Shown: positions 13,014-25,906 of the stretch, one piece after another
Position numbering within the stretch: position 1 is the stretch's first letter
Layout of the letters: every line of letters starts with the position of its first letter
Assembly (NCBI GenBank): GCA_964016885.1
Contig: OZ024743.1
Span: 79,484,001-79,548,000 of the forward strand
DNA from: Eledone cirrhosa
Taxonomy: Eukaryota
DNA length: 64,000 nucleotides
Direction: 5' to 3'
Translations under genes and position numbers: made by a program
Notes under the pieces: generated by a model
Database searches by the model: none
The model's input: the letters and a program-made list of their open reading frames with translations, nothing else
Told to the model about the DNA's origin: nothing

Positions 13014-13667
13014 CATATAATTATGTAAACGTATATGAGTATACACACATAAATACGTATATAAGGCACGCACAAACATCCTACAGGTAAAAACACATAT
13101 GTTCACCAAACGTACGTCAACCAAAACACAATATACACATATACACACCTTAAATACGTGCAAACACGCATACACACATACACACACAAACACTAAACAT
13201 ATACACATATACACATATACCAGTATATTTAATATAATATATACACCTATAACAAATACAAGCATATATACGTACGAGAAAGTATACGTACCTTCACAAA
13301 CATACGGGTAAGGTATACTTACCTATACAAATAAGTTATGGTATAAACATAAAATATACTTAGCTACCACATCAAGACGTAAATTATCCGCGTATTGTTC
13401 GTACTATCCGTTAGGGTATAATGTGGGGCTGTAATACAGGAATATTTTATGCAATTTGTGTTTACAAGCCGAAATTGCCTCAGATTTTTTGTTTAAGATG
13501 TGGTCATTGGCGTAGAGTATTTCCAGGGCTTTAGCGGCGCAAAGATCGCATAGTCTTTTATTTCCGTTATACGATCTAGCTTTTAGCTAGGATCTCCCAG
13601 TTGCTGTCATCCTCAACACCCATAAGTCGGTGATTAATTTATTTCCCCCACGTGTAGTAGGGCCTGA

Positions 13668-13997
13668 ATAGGGTTAACCACCAATAGATTCAAGCACCGT
13701 TTTTACATGCACACCCATTCTTTTCTTAATCCTTTAAGAAGGAATATGACGTCACTTTCAGCTTATATCTAAAAGACAACCACACCCAATATAGGTTACA
13801 TTGGGAGATCCTAGCTAAAAGCTAGATCGTATAACGGAAATAAAAGACCATGCGATCTTTGCGCCGCTGAAGCCCTGGAAATACTCTACGCCAATGATCA
13901 CATCTTAAACAAAAAATCTGAGGGTATTTCGGCTTGTAAACACAAATTGCATAAAACATTCCTATATTACAGCCCCACATTATACCCTAACGGATAG
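13668..13997 (+). pseudogene. C-terminal GIY-YIG endonuclease remnant, Naiad-like PLE
   Basis: With two frame breaks it reads IGLTTNRFKHRFYMHTHSFLNPLRRNMTSLSAYI/LKDNHTQYRLHWEILAK/ARSYNGNKRPCDLCAAEALEILYANDHILNKKSEGISACKH. The CxxC..E..LNK..E...CxH pattern is typical of this PLE endonuclease type. Not in the ORF track. Confidence 0.8.
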
Positions 13998-14167
13998 TAT
14001 GAACAATACGCGGATAATTTACGCCTTGCTGTTGTAGCTAAGTATATTTTATGTTTATACCATTACTTATTTGTATAGGTAAGTATACCTTACCTGTATG
14101 TTTTGTGAAGATACGTATACTTTCTCGTACGTATATATGCTTGTATTTGTTATAGGTGTATATATTA

Positions 14168-15188
14168 TCTACTTATATATATAACCAGCAATTTCTGTCT
14201 GTATGTCCGACAGTGGAAACACGTGCGTAGAGAGAGAGTGAGAGTGAAAGAAAGAGACAGACTACGAGAGGGGGAGAGCGGGAGGGAGAGAGGGAGAGAG
14301 AGAGAGTGAATAGACGCTAAAACACGTGCTACAGAAACATTACCTTCCCCTCTCCACTGACTTTGGTCACTGAGGCCGAGGGAATCACTGGTTGCTATAG
14401 AGACACCTTGCACAAGCCAGAAGTAACCAGTTCGAGGCGGTTCTGACTTGACACCATGCGAAGAAGGTTTCCATTGAATTTGTGGTTTGAAGAAGGTTGC
14501 CATTGAATTTGTGGTTGTTGCTGCTGATAATAAGGACCATTTGAAGAAGGTTTCCATTGAATTAGTGGTTTGAAGAAGGTTGCCATTGAATTTGTGGTTG
14601 TTGCTGCTGATAATAAGGACCATTTGAAGAAGGTTGCTGCTGATGAGGTAATTTATTAATCAGATTGCGCAGATCCATAACCTACGTTTGATTTGTTCAA
14701 TTTTTGTCTTCAATTTCTTTTGTTGTTTTTTTTTTATTTCTTATTGAAAAAATATAAATAATAAAATAAGGTTAGAAATTTAAATACAATTAAATACGAT
14801 TTAATTTCCATTTCCAGCAGCCAATGTCCAGTATTCAATTTTATGAAAAAATTGGAAATAATTCAAAAAATTGAAGTTTAACTTTTGAACATTTGTTTTG
14901 ACAATAAAAAAATATTTCCTTATTCACACCTAATGGTATGATTAAAATTTCATAGGAATATTTTTTTCTAACCGCCAGTTATTTATTTTCTCCTTTTTCG
15001 TTTTAACATATATATATTTCAAAGATTTCACCGTATAGATAACATATATATTTATACATGCATAAAAGACACACCGAGAGACGGTGAACATGTGGTGCCG
15101 AAAACATTTCTCATCCAAATCTCAACAATATCAGTATATACACTAGATTTGCTAGCAGAAAACCGCCCACCGGGTAGTTTTCTGCTAG
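14168..15188 (+). mobile_element. Non-autonomous Helitron 1
   Basis: 5' TCTACTTATATATATAACC; 3' CCCACCGGG hairpin then CTAG (15185-15188). Internal minisatellite at ~14460-14640. Confidence 0.7.
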
Positions 15189-16740
15189 TCTATATATATA
15201 AAACTGAGGATGTCTGTCTGTGTGTGTGTGAGTTCGAATCCCTAAAACTTGAGAACCACCAAACCGACTGTTTTCAAACTTTACACATGTAAAACCTATG
15301 TTTCAGGGAGTGATCTGAGCAAAGAAAATTTCAAATTTTCTATGCCCTAGGGATCGCATTAGGCGATTTAGTGATCTCGCTCTATAATTCTTAGTCTTCC
15401 TCTTTTTAGATAGATACATACATATAACGTCGCGCCTTTATAATATCTGTCTGTATGTCTGACTGTCTGCATTACGTCACTTCCTACAATTCCCTCTCCG
15501 TCCAAAACGCGGCCTTATAATATCTGTCTGTATGTCTGGCTGTCTGCTGCATCCGGTTATTCTACCACCCTTGCTCAAGACAAATCTCACACTCATTCCC
15601 CAAACAGTTGGTAAGTGCACACAACTTCTTCCTTACGTTTTAAGCCACAGTGTTGCTTAGTTACATACCACCAGACCCTTACTTCTTTTCCAGCCGTGGT
15701 TGTGGCAATACTAAGCTTAGCTAAGGCGGTTATATATTTCACACAACACTAAAAATTAAAGTCGGTAAAGAAAAATATCGCTGTAATAGCTTCAGTTTGC
15801 TTACTTACGTGCCTTTACGAGAACAAAAGTTACTATTTTACCGCTTAGTATTGTAGAGAAGCACCAAACCGACTGTTTTCAAACTTTACACATGTAATAC
15901 TTATGTTTCAGGGAGTGTTCTGAGCAAAAACAATTTCAAATTTTCCATGCCCTAGGGACCACATTAGGCGATTTAGCGATCTCTCTCTATAATTCTTAGT
16001 CTTTCTCTTTTTAGATAGATACATACATATAACGTCGCCCCCTTATAATATCTGTCTGTATGTCTGACTGTCTGCATTACGTCACTTCCCTGAGAATGTC
16101 TGTCTGTCTGTATGTGTGTGTGTGTGTGTCTGTATGTGTGTTTATGTGTGTGAGTTTGAATCCCTAAAACTCGAGAAGTCCCCAACCGATTTTTTTCAAA
16201 CTTTACATGTGTATTACTTATGTTTCAGGGAGTGTTATGCACATAAAAAAATTCAACTTTTTTTATCTCCTAGGGCCCGCGTTAGGTGAAAAACTGCATT
16301 TTTTAACAATTTTAGGGGTTTTTTGAGGCGTTACGTCAAACCGATTTCCTTGAAATTGTAACTATGTATTAGTCAGTCTCTTCTTTATACCGTGAGCCAA
16401 AAAAATCCAACTTTCTTATGGCATTAGGTGAAAAACTTCATTTTTTCAGCATCTGAGGGCTTTGGGGAAGCGTTACGTCTAGACGATTTCCCCGAAATTT
16501 CAAGGCATATTATACACATAAAAACAATTCATTTTCTTGATCCCCTAGGGCCCGCATTAGGTGAAAACCTGCATTTTTCCTGCTTCATCAAGGAAAATTT
16601 TAAAGATTATCCAGCCATCAGAGTATTCGGTTTATTTTCTTTACATATTGTCCAGGCATGCAGTTTTTCCACAATTAGGTCTGTTGGCGGCTCGCGTTCC
16701 AAAATATCTTATCCCGTGCAACGCCGGGTACCACTGCTAG
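15189..16740 (+). mobile_element. Non-autonomous Helitron 2
   Basis: 5' TCTATATATATAAAAC..TGTCTGTCTG; 3' CCCGTGCAACGCCGGG hairpin then CTAG|T. The 5' module is internally repeated (~15860, ~16095). The pair sits at an A|T site with no TSD. Confidence 0.85.
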
Positions 16741-18207
16741 TATTATATATACTGGTATATGTGTATATCTGTATTTTGTGTTTGTGTGTGTATGCATGTA
16801 TGCGTGTTTGCACGTATGTAAGGTGTGTATATGTGTACATTGTGTTTTGGCTGACGTACGTTTGGTGAACATAGGTCTTTTTACCTGTAGGTATGTACGT
16901 GCCTTATATACGTATTTATTTGTGTATATACATATAAGTTTATATAATTATATGTATACACACACACACATATATATATTTTATGTGTATTTGGTGTATA
17001 CGTTCGTATGTATACGTTCGTATATATTTATTATTATTACTCTTATGATTTTAATAACCTCTATCATTTTCGTTCTACTATTTTATTTACATTATTCTTA
17101 ACTCCGAAGCCGAGAATCATTCGGTTTTCTAAATAGAATATTAGTCTACGACTTCATTTATACCATAAACGTGGTTTTGTCTTTGCGTATAATTGTTCTC
17201 CCGCACCAAATATTGACGTATTATCTTCGCTTTTTTCCGTTCATTGCCAGGGACCGTCTTCACGAACCAAAGTATCGTCTTCCTGTTTTCCTTCGGTTGC
17301 AACGTTTTTCGAAATATTTACTTCTGCGTTCACAGATTTATTTTTTTTAGTTTCAGAAGATCCCGTTAAGGGTGAAAGCAGCGATTCTTTGCTTAAACTT
17401 TAATCTGTTATCTTAATAAATTAATATATATATATATGTGTGTGTGTGTGCGCGTGTGTGTGTATGTATATATATAAATGCAAACAAATACACACACACA
17501 CACGAAGACGCGCAGACAGTCAGGCTGACGGCAGACAACATATACATATATATATATATCCTCTCTTACAGTCGATAGTGTGAATATTGCTGTTGCGCAA
17601 TTGAACGTATCTTACTATTCTTTTCTTTCTTTCTTTCTTTCTTTCCTTTGATTCCAGAAATCTTTTCAAAGTGAGTTACTTCATCACGAAGATGTGAGAG
17701 TGACGGGTTTGAACAACAAACCTGCCTGTTGTGTAGGAAACCATGTGAAAGTGAAGGTTTGAACAACAAAGCCACCTGTTGTAAGAGAACCTCTTTCCCA
17801 GGGACATTACAAGACAGAACAGATAACCATAGAAGGATTGTTTTATATTTTCACTTTTTCACTTTTTACATGAGCGATTCCTATTGGAATCTGCAATACT
17901 TCCGAACTATTGTATAATAAGATAAACAAGAATATGTAAATATATATGGCAGGGTGCCAAACACAACGGGTCTTCAAAACTGATACATCATTATTTCAAT
18001 GGTATATTCGTTAAATACAAAAAAAAAAAAATAATAATACAAATTTGTTTTTCGATTAAGTGGGTTGCTGGTCGTAATATTGATAGTTTTTTTTCTTTGG
18101 GCATATGGTCAAGTTCTCAAAAGTTGATTGAATCGGTGAGAGTTTTTCAAACTGCTCATGAAGTATTCTTCCAACTGGTGCTAAATAAATAGGATTTATA
18201 TATATGT

Positions 18208-18238
<31 letters not shown>

Positions 18239-18258
18239 AAAAGGTAAACAGAAATAAC

Positions 18259-18347
<89 letters not shown>

Positions 18348-18356
18348 GCACTCACG

Positions 18357-18408
<52 letters not shown>

Positions 18409-18500
18409 TATGTAGTAAAAGGTAAACAGAAATAACAACACAATCGGTAGAGTATATGGAAGGGATATATTAGGTTAACGCTTGATATAGCAGGGAGAGG

Positions 18501-18540
18501 GTCTTAGTGTTTCGGACGCTAGTCCTTCATCAGAAGAAGG
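18501..18540 (-). ncRNA. Minimal hammerhead motif (degenerate stems I/III)
   Basis: Minus strand: CTT CTGATGA A GGAC TAGC GTCC GAAA CACTAAG. Lies in an element at ~18413-18735 whose tail runs into (TA)n. Confidence 0.6.
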
Positions 18541-18736
18541 AATGAGAAATAAGATAGATTGAGGGGACGGGCGGGTTGGAATTGAAAAAAATGTGTGTGC
18601 GTGTAACTTTGAGTATGCCTTGGTTGTTTACCGACACTTCAGTATGCAGGCTAGAGCACTCAACGAAGTGCGCAAGTGGGTCTGTTTACTCCGGAGTAAT
18701 GTAAAAACAACAAGTGTAAGTCAAAATTAACTTCTT

Positions 18737-18800
<64 letters not shown>

Positions 18801-18935
18801 GAAAAAAATCCAATTAGTAATCCAATTAGAGGTTGTGAATACTTCTTATTTTGGATAGTTTTAGCGTACGGCGTTCGATGTTATGGCCGAGTGTATATAT
18901 TAAAAACAAAGCAATTTTTCACATTAAGGTCTTTA

Positions 18936-19041
18936 TTGATTATACACAGTTACGAGTGTTTCACAGATGAGTGGCTCAGGATCTATATAGTTACTATAGA
19001 CGCGACTCCAGCCACATCTGCTCATCAGACTTGTTAATCAA
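18936..19041 (-). ncRNA. Hammerhead with long stem II, in a ~250-bp element (18797-19048) between (TA)n tracts
   Basis: Minus strand: TTGATTA acaagt CTGATGA GCAGATG TGGCT...AGCCA ct CATCTGT GAAA CAC..GTG TA TAATCAA, followed by AATAAA. Confidence 0.7.
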
Positions 19042-19045
19042 GAAA

Positions 19046-19116
<71 letters not shown>

Positions 19117-19119
<3 letters not shown>

Positions 19120-19320
19120 TAATAATAAATGTGAAAACTAAAATCCAAAGAGGGCTCGATAAGGATAAATATATATCAATTATATAAGAACTCTAGAGCA
19201 AATATTTATTAAAATAACAGATCAAAGTTTAAGCAAAGAATCGCTGCTTTCACCCTTCAGAAGATGCCGTTCAGGGTGAAAGCAGCGATTTTTTCTTAAA
19301 CTTTAATCTGTTATTTTAAT

Positions 19321-19321
<1 letters not shown>
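19117..19321. mobile_element. Family B mini head-to-head copy
   Basis: Minus tail 19117-19257 is joined to plus CAGAAGATGCCGTTCAGGGTGAAAGC... The junction lies inside the HHR-like motif. Confidence 0.75.
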
Positions 19322-19378
<57 letters not shown>

Positions 19379-19437
19379 CAAGGCTCTGATACCATCAAGA
19401 CCATAAACACAGAGCTGGATTATCTAAGAACTGACTA

Positions 19438-19493
19438 ACTGCCTGATGAGGTCATAGCCATTCAATGGCTATCATCGAAATATATATAGCAGT
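19438..19493 (+). ncRNA. Type I hammerhead ribozyme, canonical core, in a ~165-bp element (19376-19539)
   Basis: ACTGC CTGATGA GGTCATAGCCAT TCA ATGGCTATCATC GAAA TATATA TA GCAGT, then AATAAA at 19495; (TA)n on both sides. Confidence 0.88.
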
Positions 19494-19538
19494 AAATAAA
19501 GGATTATGAGTTCATGCAATTGACTTATGTTTCGTCAC

Positions 19539-19587
<49 letters not shown>

Positions 19588-19588
<1 letters not shown>

Positions 19589-20382
19589 AAACAAGTAAAT
19601 TATAAACGTAAACATGTATGTATGTTTTTGAAACGGTGCGCGAGTTTGAAATTAGAAATTATAAGCTTTCACCGTATTTTAGACTAAAGAAATTTCTAGC
19701 CTGATAGTGGGGTTTATAACCCTCGGAGAAATGGAAAAAGATGTGTGTTGCCCTACATCGGAGTCGAACCCACATCTTTGGGTATCCAGACCACTGTGCT
19801 ACCATTACACCAATACACATCCCATGTCCTTCCATTCGGATTAGAAGCTATGAACTTAGCAAGTGAATGATAAACAAGCAAATTATAAACGTATTTTAGA
19901 CTAAAGACATTTCTAGCCTGATAGTGGGATTTATAACCCTCGGAGAAATGGAAAAAGATGAGTGTTGCCGTACATGGGAGTCGAACCCACATCTTTGGTT
20001 ATACAGACCACTGTGCTACCAATACACCAATACACATCCCATCTCCTTCCATTCGAATTAGAAGCTATGAACTTAGCTAGTGAATGATAAACAAGCAAAT
20101 TATAAACGTAAACATGTATGTATGTTTTTGAAACGGTGCGTGAGTTTGAAATTAGAAATTAGAAATTATAAGCTTTCACCGTATTTTAGACTAAAGAAAT
20201 TTCTAGTCTGATAGTGGTATAATGGTAGCACAGTAGTCTGGATAACGAAAGATGTGGGTTCGACTCCCATGTACGGCAACACTCATCTTTTTTCCATTTC
20301 TCCGAGGGTTATAAACCCCACTATCAGGACAGAAATTTCTTTAGTTTAAAATACGGTGAAAGCTTATAATTTCTAATTTCTA
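19588..20382. mobile_element. tRNA-promoter-containing repeat: ~2.5 tandem minus-strand units plus an inverted partial unit
   Basis: Minus strand TGGTGTAATGGTAGCAC (A box)...GGTTCGACTCC (B box) at ~19750-19812 and ~19968-20030. Plus-strand partial copy at ~20214-20382. (TA)n at both ends. Confidence 0.75.
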
Positions 20383-20687
20383 ATATATATATATATATAT
20401 ATATATTTAGTTAATACAGGAGTGTTTCCTTCATATGAAACAGTTCTAGTACTGTAGAAGTCATTCTCTATTAGATGACGATGTTTGCATTCTACTGTTG
20501 CATTAAGTACCCTTTATAACAGTGGTTGCCCCCCTCTCTCTCTATGTATATATATATATGTGTGTGCGTGTGTATAACTAAGCAACGAATTGAAGATTGC
20601 ACCATAAAGTAATTTTATTGCAAATGACAATTGTCTCGATATCGATCAGTTCAGGTTCGACTCGGGATCAACAGACACACACACACA

Positions 20688-20749
<62 letters not shown>

Positions 20750-20782
20750 ATTAAGAAGTATCATGATATACCTACATACGAT

Positions 20783-20830
<48 letters not shown>

Positions 20831-21216
20831 TGTCACTCACATACATATATTTAGTTACACACATACAGATATAAGATGTATACACTGATCAATTATTTAC
20901 AAACATACATGCTAGTACTCATGTATAACATACATGTCACTGCATATATTACAACTGTATATTACTAATATAAAGTCATATTCCATTGTCCTTCTATGTT
21001 CTATATATTTTGTGTACAACATGTCTAAATTGTTATAGCAATAACAATATCTTGAGATCCATCACTTCAGCAATTTAACCATCTTTACATTCAGGGTTTA
21101 TTGGTCAGCAAGTCGATATATTTTTTATATACTATTCTCAATGTACATATACACACATGTATACACACGTGTATACACAGACAATATATATGAATATGTA
21201 TATATGTATATAAATG

Positions 21217-21292
<76 letters not shown>

Positions 21293-21502
21293 TATATATG
21301 TATATATATATGTATATATATATATTTATATATAGGTATATATATATATATGTATATATACATATATCTATATATACACATATATATACATACCTATATA
21401 TATACATATATATATACATATATATTTATTTATTTATATACATACATATAAATATATTTATTTATACATATATCTGTATATATACATACACATATATATA
21501 TG

Positions 21503-21535
<33 letters not shown>

Positions 21536-21588
21536 GTTACTGTGTGTGTATATATATATATATAGATATATACATATAAATATATATA

Positions 21589-21698
<110 letters not shown>

Positions 21699-21960
21699 GT
21701 GTATATGTATATATCTATATATATTTACGTATTTATATGCATCTCCCCCTCTCTCTCTCTATATATATATATATACACACACAATAACGTGATGTTACAA
21801 CCACTAAACTCTCTATATATACATTCCCCACCCCTCATTCTGGTACATATATTTCATTACTCGTAGAAATCTATAAAATGTGTAAATGTATTCCCTGTGT
21901 ATATATACAATATTCCGAACATCCTCTACTCTCTCAGACATGTATTTAATTGATCATATA

Positions 21961-22432
21961 CATGGTATAACATGCACATCCCTGCCCCGCTACATGGTAT
22001 AACATGCACATCCCTGCCCCGCTACATGGTATAACATGCACATGCCTGCCCCGCTACATGGTATAACATGCACATGCCTGCCCCGCTACATGGTATAACA
22101 TGCACATGCCTGCCCCGCTACATGGTATAACATGCACATCCCTGCCCCGCTACATGGTATAACATGCACATGCCTGCCCCGCTACATGGTATAACATGCA
22201 CGTGCCTGCCCCGCTACATGGTATAACATGCACATCCCTGCCCCGCTACATGGTATAACATGCACATCCCTGCCCCGCTACATGGTACAACATGCACATG
22301 CCTGCCCCGCTACATGGTATAACATGCACATCCCTGCCCCGCTACATGGTATAACATGCACATCCCTGCCCCGCTACATGGTATAACATGCACATCCCTG
22401 CCCCGCTACATGGTATAACATGAACATGCCTG
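21961..22432. repeat. 32-bp minisatellite, ~14.7 copies
   Basis: Unit CATGGTATAACATGCACAT(C/G)CCTGCCCCGCTA. Confidence 0.95.
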
Positions 22433-22523
22433 CATATATTTTATTGCTAGAAACAAATAAATACATTACATGAAGGTGAAAGCGAATCTACTTAACGTTA
22501 TGAATCAGGCTCCCCCGATACGT

Positions 22524-22707
<184 letters not shown>

Positions 22708-22730
22708 CATATATATATATAATACATATT

Positions 22731-22805
<75 letters not shown>

Positions 22806-22818
22806 CATATATGTATAC

Positions 22819-22849
<31 letters not shown>

Positions 22850-22969
22850 ATGTACCTATATATATATATATATACATATATGTATATGTGAGTATGTATG
22901 GAAAATATGTGTACATATACAGATAATATGATTATATATATATACACATATGTATTATATATATATATT

Positions 22970-23048
<79 letters not shown>

Positions 23049-23562
23049 GTATGTATATTTAGATATGTGTGTGTGTACATACGCACACATATATACTATA
23101 ATATGTTTATACAATTGCTAGATGTTTCTCTCCCTCTCACTATCTCTCTCTCTCTTCCTCTCTCTATTTCTCTCTCTCTCATTCTCTCTCTCTCTCTTTC
23201 TCTTTCTCTCTCTTTCTCTCTCTCTCTCCATATATATATATAGGTATTTACAGAAGTATGCTTTTATACACTCATACACAGCCTATTTGTTGATATACAC
23301 CTATACACATGTATATATACTATAACAAACAAGTACAGAAATATGTGTATATACGCACACACTCATATACACATATGTATATATGTATACATATATATAT
23401 ACGTACACATGCAGTTAAATAATCTTGATACTGACTCAACAACTCAACAAAAGATAAACACAAATAAATACGTACATATACATGTACGTAAATATATATA
23501 TATATATACATATTTATGTTTACATTTGTATATATATATATATACATATATATGTTTACATT

Positions 23563-23621
<59 letters not shown>

Positions 23622-23654
23622 GTAAACATATATATACATATATATGTTTACATT

Positions 23655-23712
<58 letters not shown>

Positions 23713-23730
23713 CATATATATATATACATA

Positions 23731-23925
23731 GGAAAAAGTTTAACCCCGACGGCAGAGCTCAAGCCGTTTCGACGGCTATTTCCAGAAATAGGTGTCGAAT
23801 CGCTTGAGCTCTGCCGTCGGGGTTACACTTTTTTCCTATTACTCACTCTTCTACTCTACTACCCTAAGTATTGAGTACTCTGGTGCGTTATGGTCCATCT
23901 GGTACCTTACCACACATCCTTCGTT
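23731..23925. mobile_element. Family E fold-back element (HHR 3' half plus tail)
   Basis: Hairpin CCCCGACGGCAGAGCTCAAGC...GCTTGAGCTCTGCCGTCGGGG, then tail ...CTCTGGTGCGTTATGGTCC...CCTTCGTTA(TA)n. Further copies at 44402-44858, 46266-46470, 47770-48162 and ~48795. Confidence 0.75.
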
Positions 23926-23966
23926 ATATATATATACATATATATGTTAACATTTGTATATATATG

Positions 23967-24030
<64 letters not shown>

Positions 24031-24033
24031 TCC

Positions 24034-24159
<126 letters not shown>

Positions 24160-24170
24160 CCACGTAGATG

Positions 24171-24201
<31 letters not shown>

Positions 24202-24310
24202 TCCCGCGCACACATACAATACAACATTATATACACACAACAAACTGAAGCAACTGAACACTCCAGTGAAATGGAGCCGGGTTTCAAGGAAGGTAATGAC
24301 AGCGAGACTT

Positions 24311-24504
24311 AAAGATGGCGGCCAGACAGCATGACTGTAACACGATAAGGTGGCGGTTAGATGTTGAAAACATAAAACGATAGAGAAATTATATAAATAT
24401 TCGCTTTTGATAATGTAGAGGCGACCGGAAATGATATGAGGAGACTTTTGAATTACCTCTGTCAATGTCATAGTCATGTGACGTGCACGTGATTTATTGA
24501 CGTC
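24311..24504. promoter_or_regulatory. Candidate promoter motif cluster
   Basis: AAGATGGCGGCC (YY1-like) at 24312, ACCGGAAAT (ETS-like) at 24424, TGACGTG/CACGTG at 24479-24491 and TGACGTC at 24498, within a CpG-containing unique island. Confidence 0.35.
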
Positions 24505-24649
24505 GAACGACGCATGCACAAAGAACTAACAACAATGGTAAATCAGGATTTAAGACATAAAAACCAAACGGACCAGCAATAACAGTAAATGTTCCCTCAA
24601 TCCTTTAATACTTTTAGAGAAATCCATTACAGATCTCTGCTCGATCGAT

Positions 24650-25333
24650 ACTCCCCCCCCCCCCCCCCCTCCACATCCTTCCCCTCCCCCTCCTTCTCCT
24701 CCTCTTCCTTCTCTTCCTCCTTCTTCTTCTTCTTCTTCTTCTTCTTCTTCTTCTTCTTCTTCTTCTTCTTCTCACTTTCTTCTTCGTTTTCTTCTTCTTC
24801 CTCCTCCATCCTCCAACCTCCTCATCCTCCTCCTCCTCCTCCTCTTCCTTCTTCTTCTTCTTGTTCTTGTTCTTCTTCTGTTTCTTCTTCTTCTTCTTCT
24901 TCTTCTTCTTCTTCTTCTTCTTCTTCTTCTTCTTCTTCTTCTTCTTCTTCTTCTTCTTCTTCTTCTTCTTCTTCTTCTTCTTCTTCTATGGATATTGTCG
25001 TCGCCACCACCACCACCACCACCATCACCACCACCACCACCGCCACCACCATCACCATCACCACCACCACCGCCACCACCACCACCACCACCACCACCAC
25101 CACCACCACCACCACCACCACCACCACCACCACCACCACCACCACCACCACCACCACCACCACCACCACCACCACCACCACCACCATCACCACCACCACC
25201 ACCGCCACCACCATCACCATCACCACCACCACCACCACCGCCACCATCACCACCACCACCACCACCACCACCACCACCACCACCACCACCACCACCACCA
25301 CCACCATCATCATCATCACCATCACCATCATCG

Positions 25334-25411
<78 letters not shown>

Positions 25412-25490
25412 CCATCACCATCATCACTATCACCATCACCACCACCATCACCATCACCATCATCACCATCACCATCATCATCATCATTAT
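24650..25490. repeat. Compound trinucleotide microsatellite (TTC)n-(ACC)n-(ATC)n
   Basis: Directly visible; it accounts for the homopolymeric ORFs here. Confidence 0.95.
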
Positions 25491-25787
25491 AATAGACATC
25501 TCTCAAAATATCCCAAGTGTGTTGAATACAATATTTTTTCTCTGCTTTGCCTCATGTTTTGATAAGTTTTTTTTATCTTTAACAAGAGAAAGAGATTCTC
25601 TCTCTTAATGGACCGCCATTACTTGTTGGCAAGCTAAAGACCGTATATAACGTTTTAGGTGAAAGGGAGCGTTCACTGTCTGGTGACGATTCATCATGGC
25701 AGCACACTTATCTTGGCAATTCAGGTCTATTAACAGACACACACAAATAAAAACACTCACAGAGGAACGCACAAACAAACACTCACA

Positions 25788-25906
<119 letters not shown>

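Noticed and set aside
19750-19815. Functional tRNA gene
   Set aside because: A and B boxes are present but the acceptor and anticodon stems do not form a proper cloverleaf, and the sequence is part of a repeat.
24589-25608. Poly-S/T/H/P/G ORFs, and all YI/HT/CV-repeat ORFs in the window
   Set aside because: Microsatellite translations.
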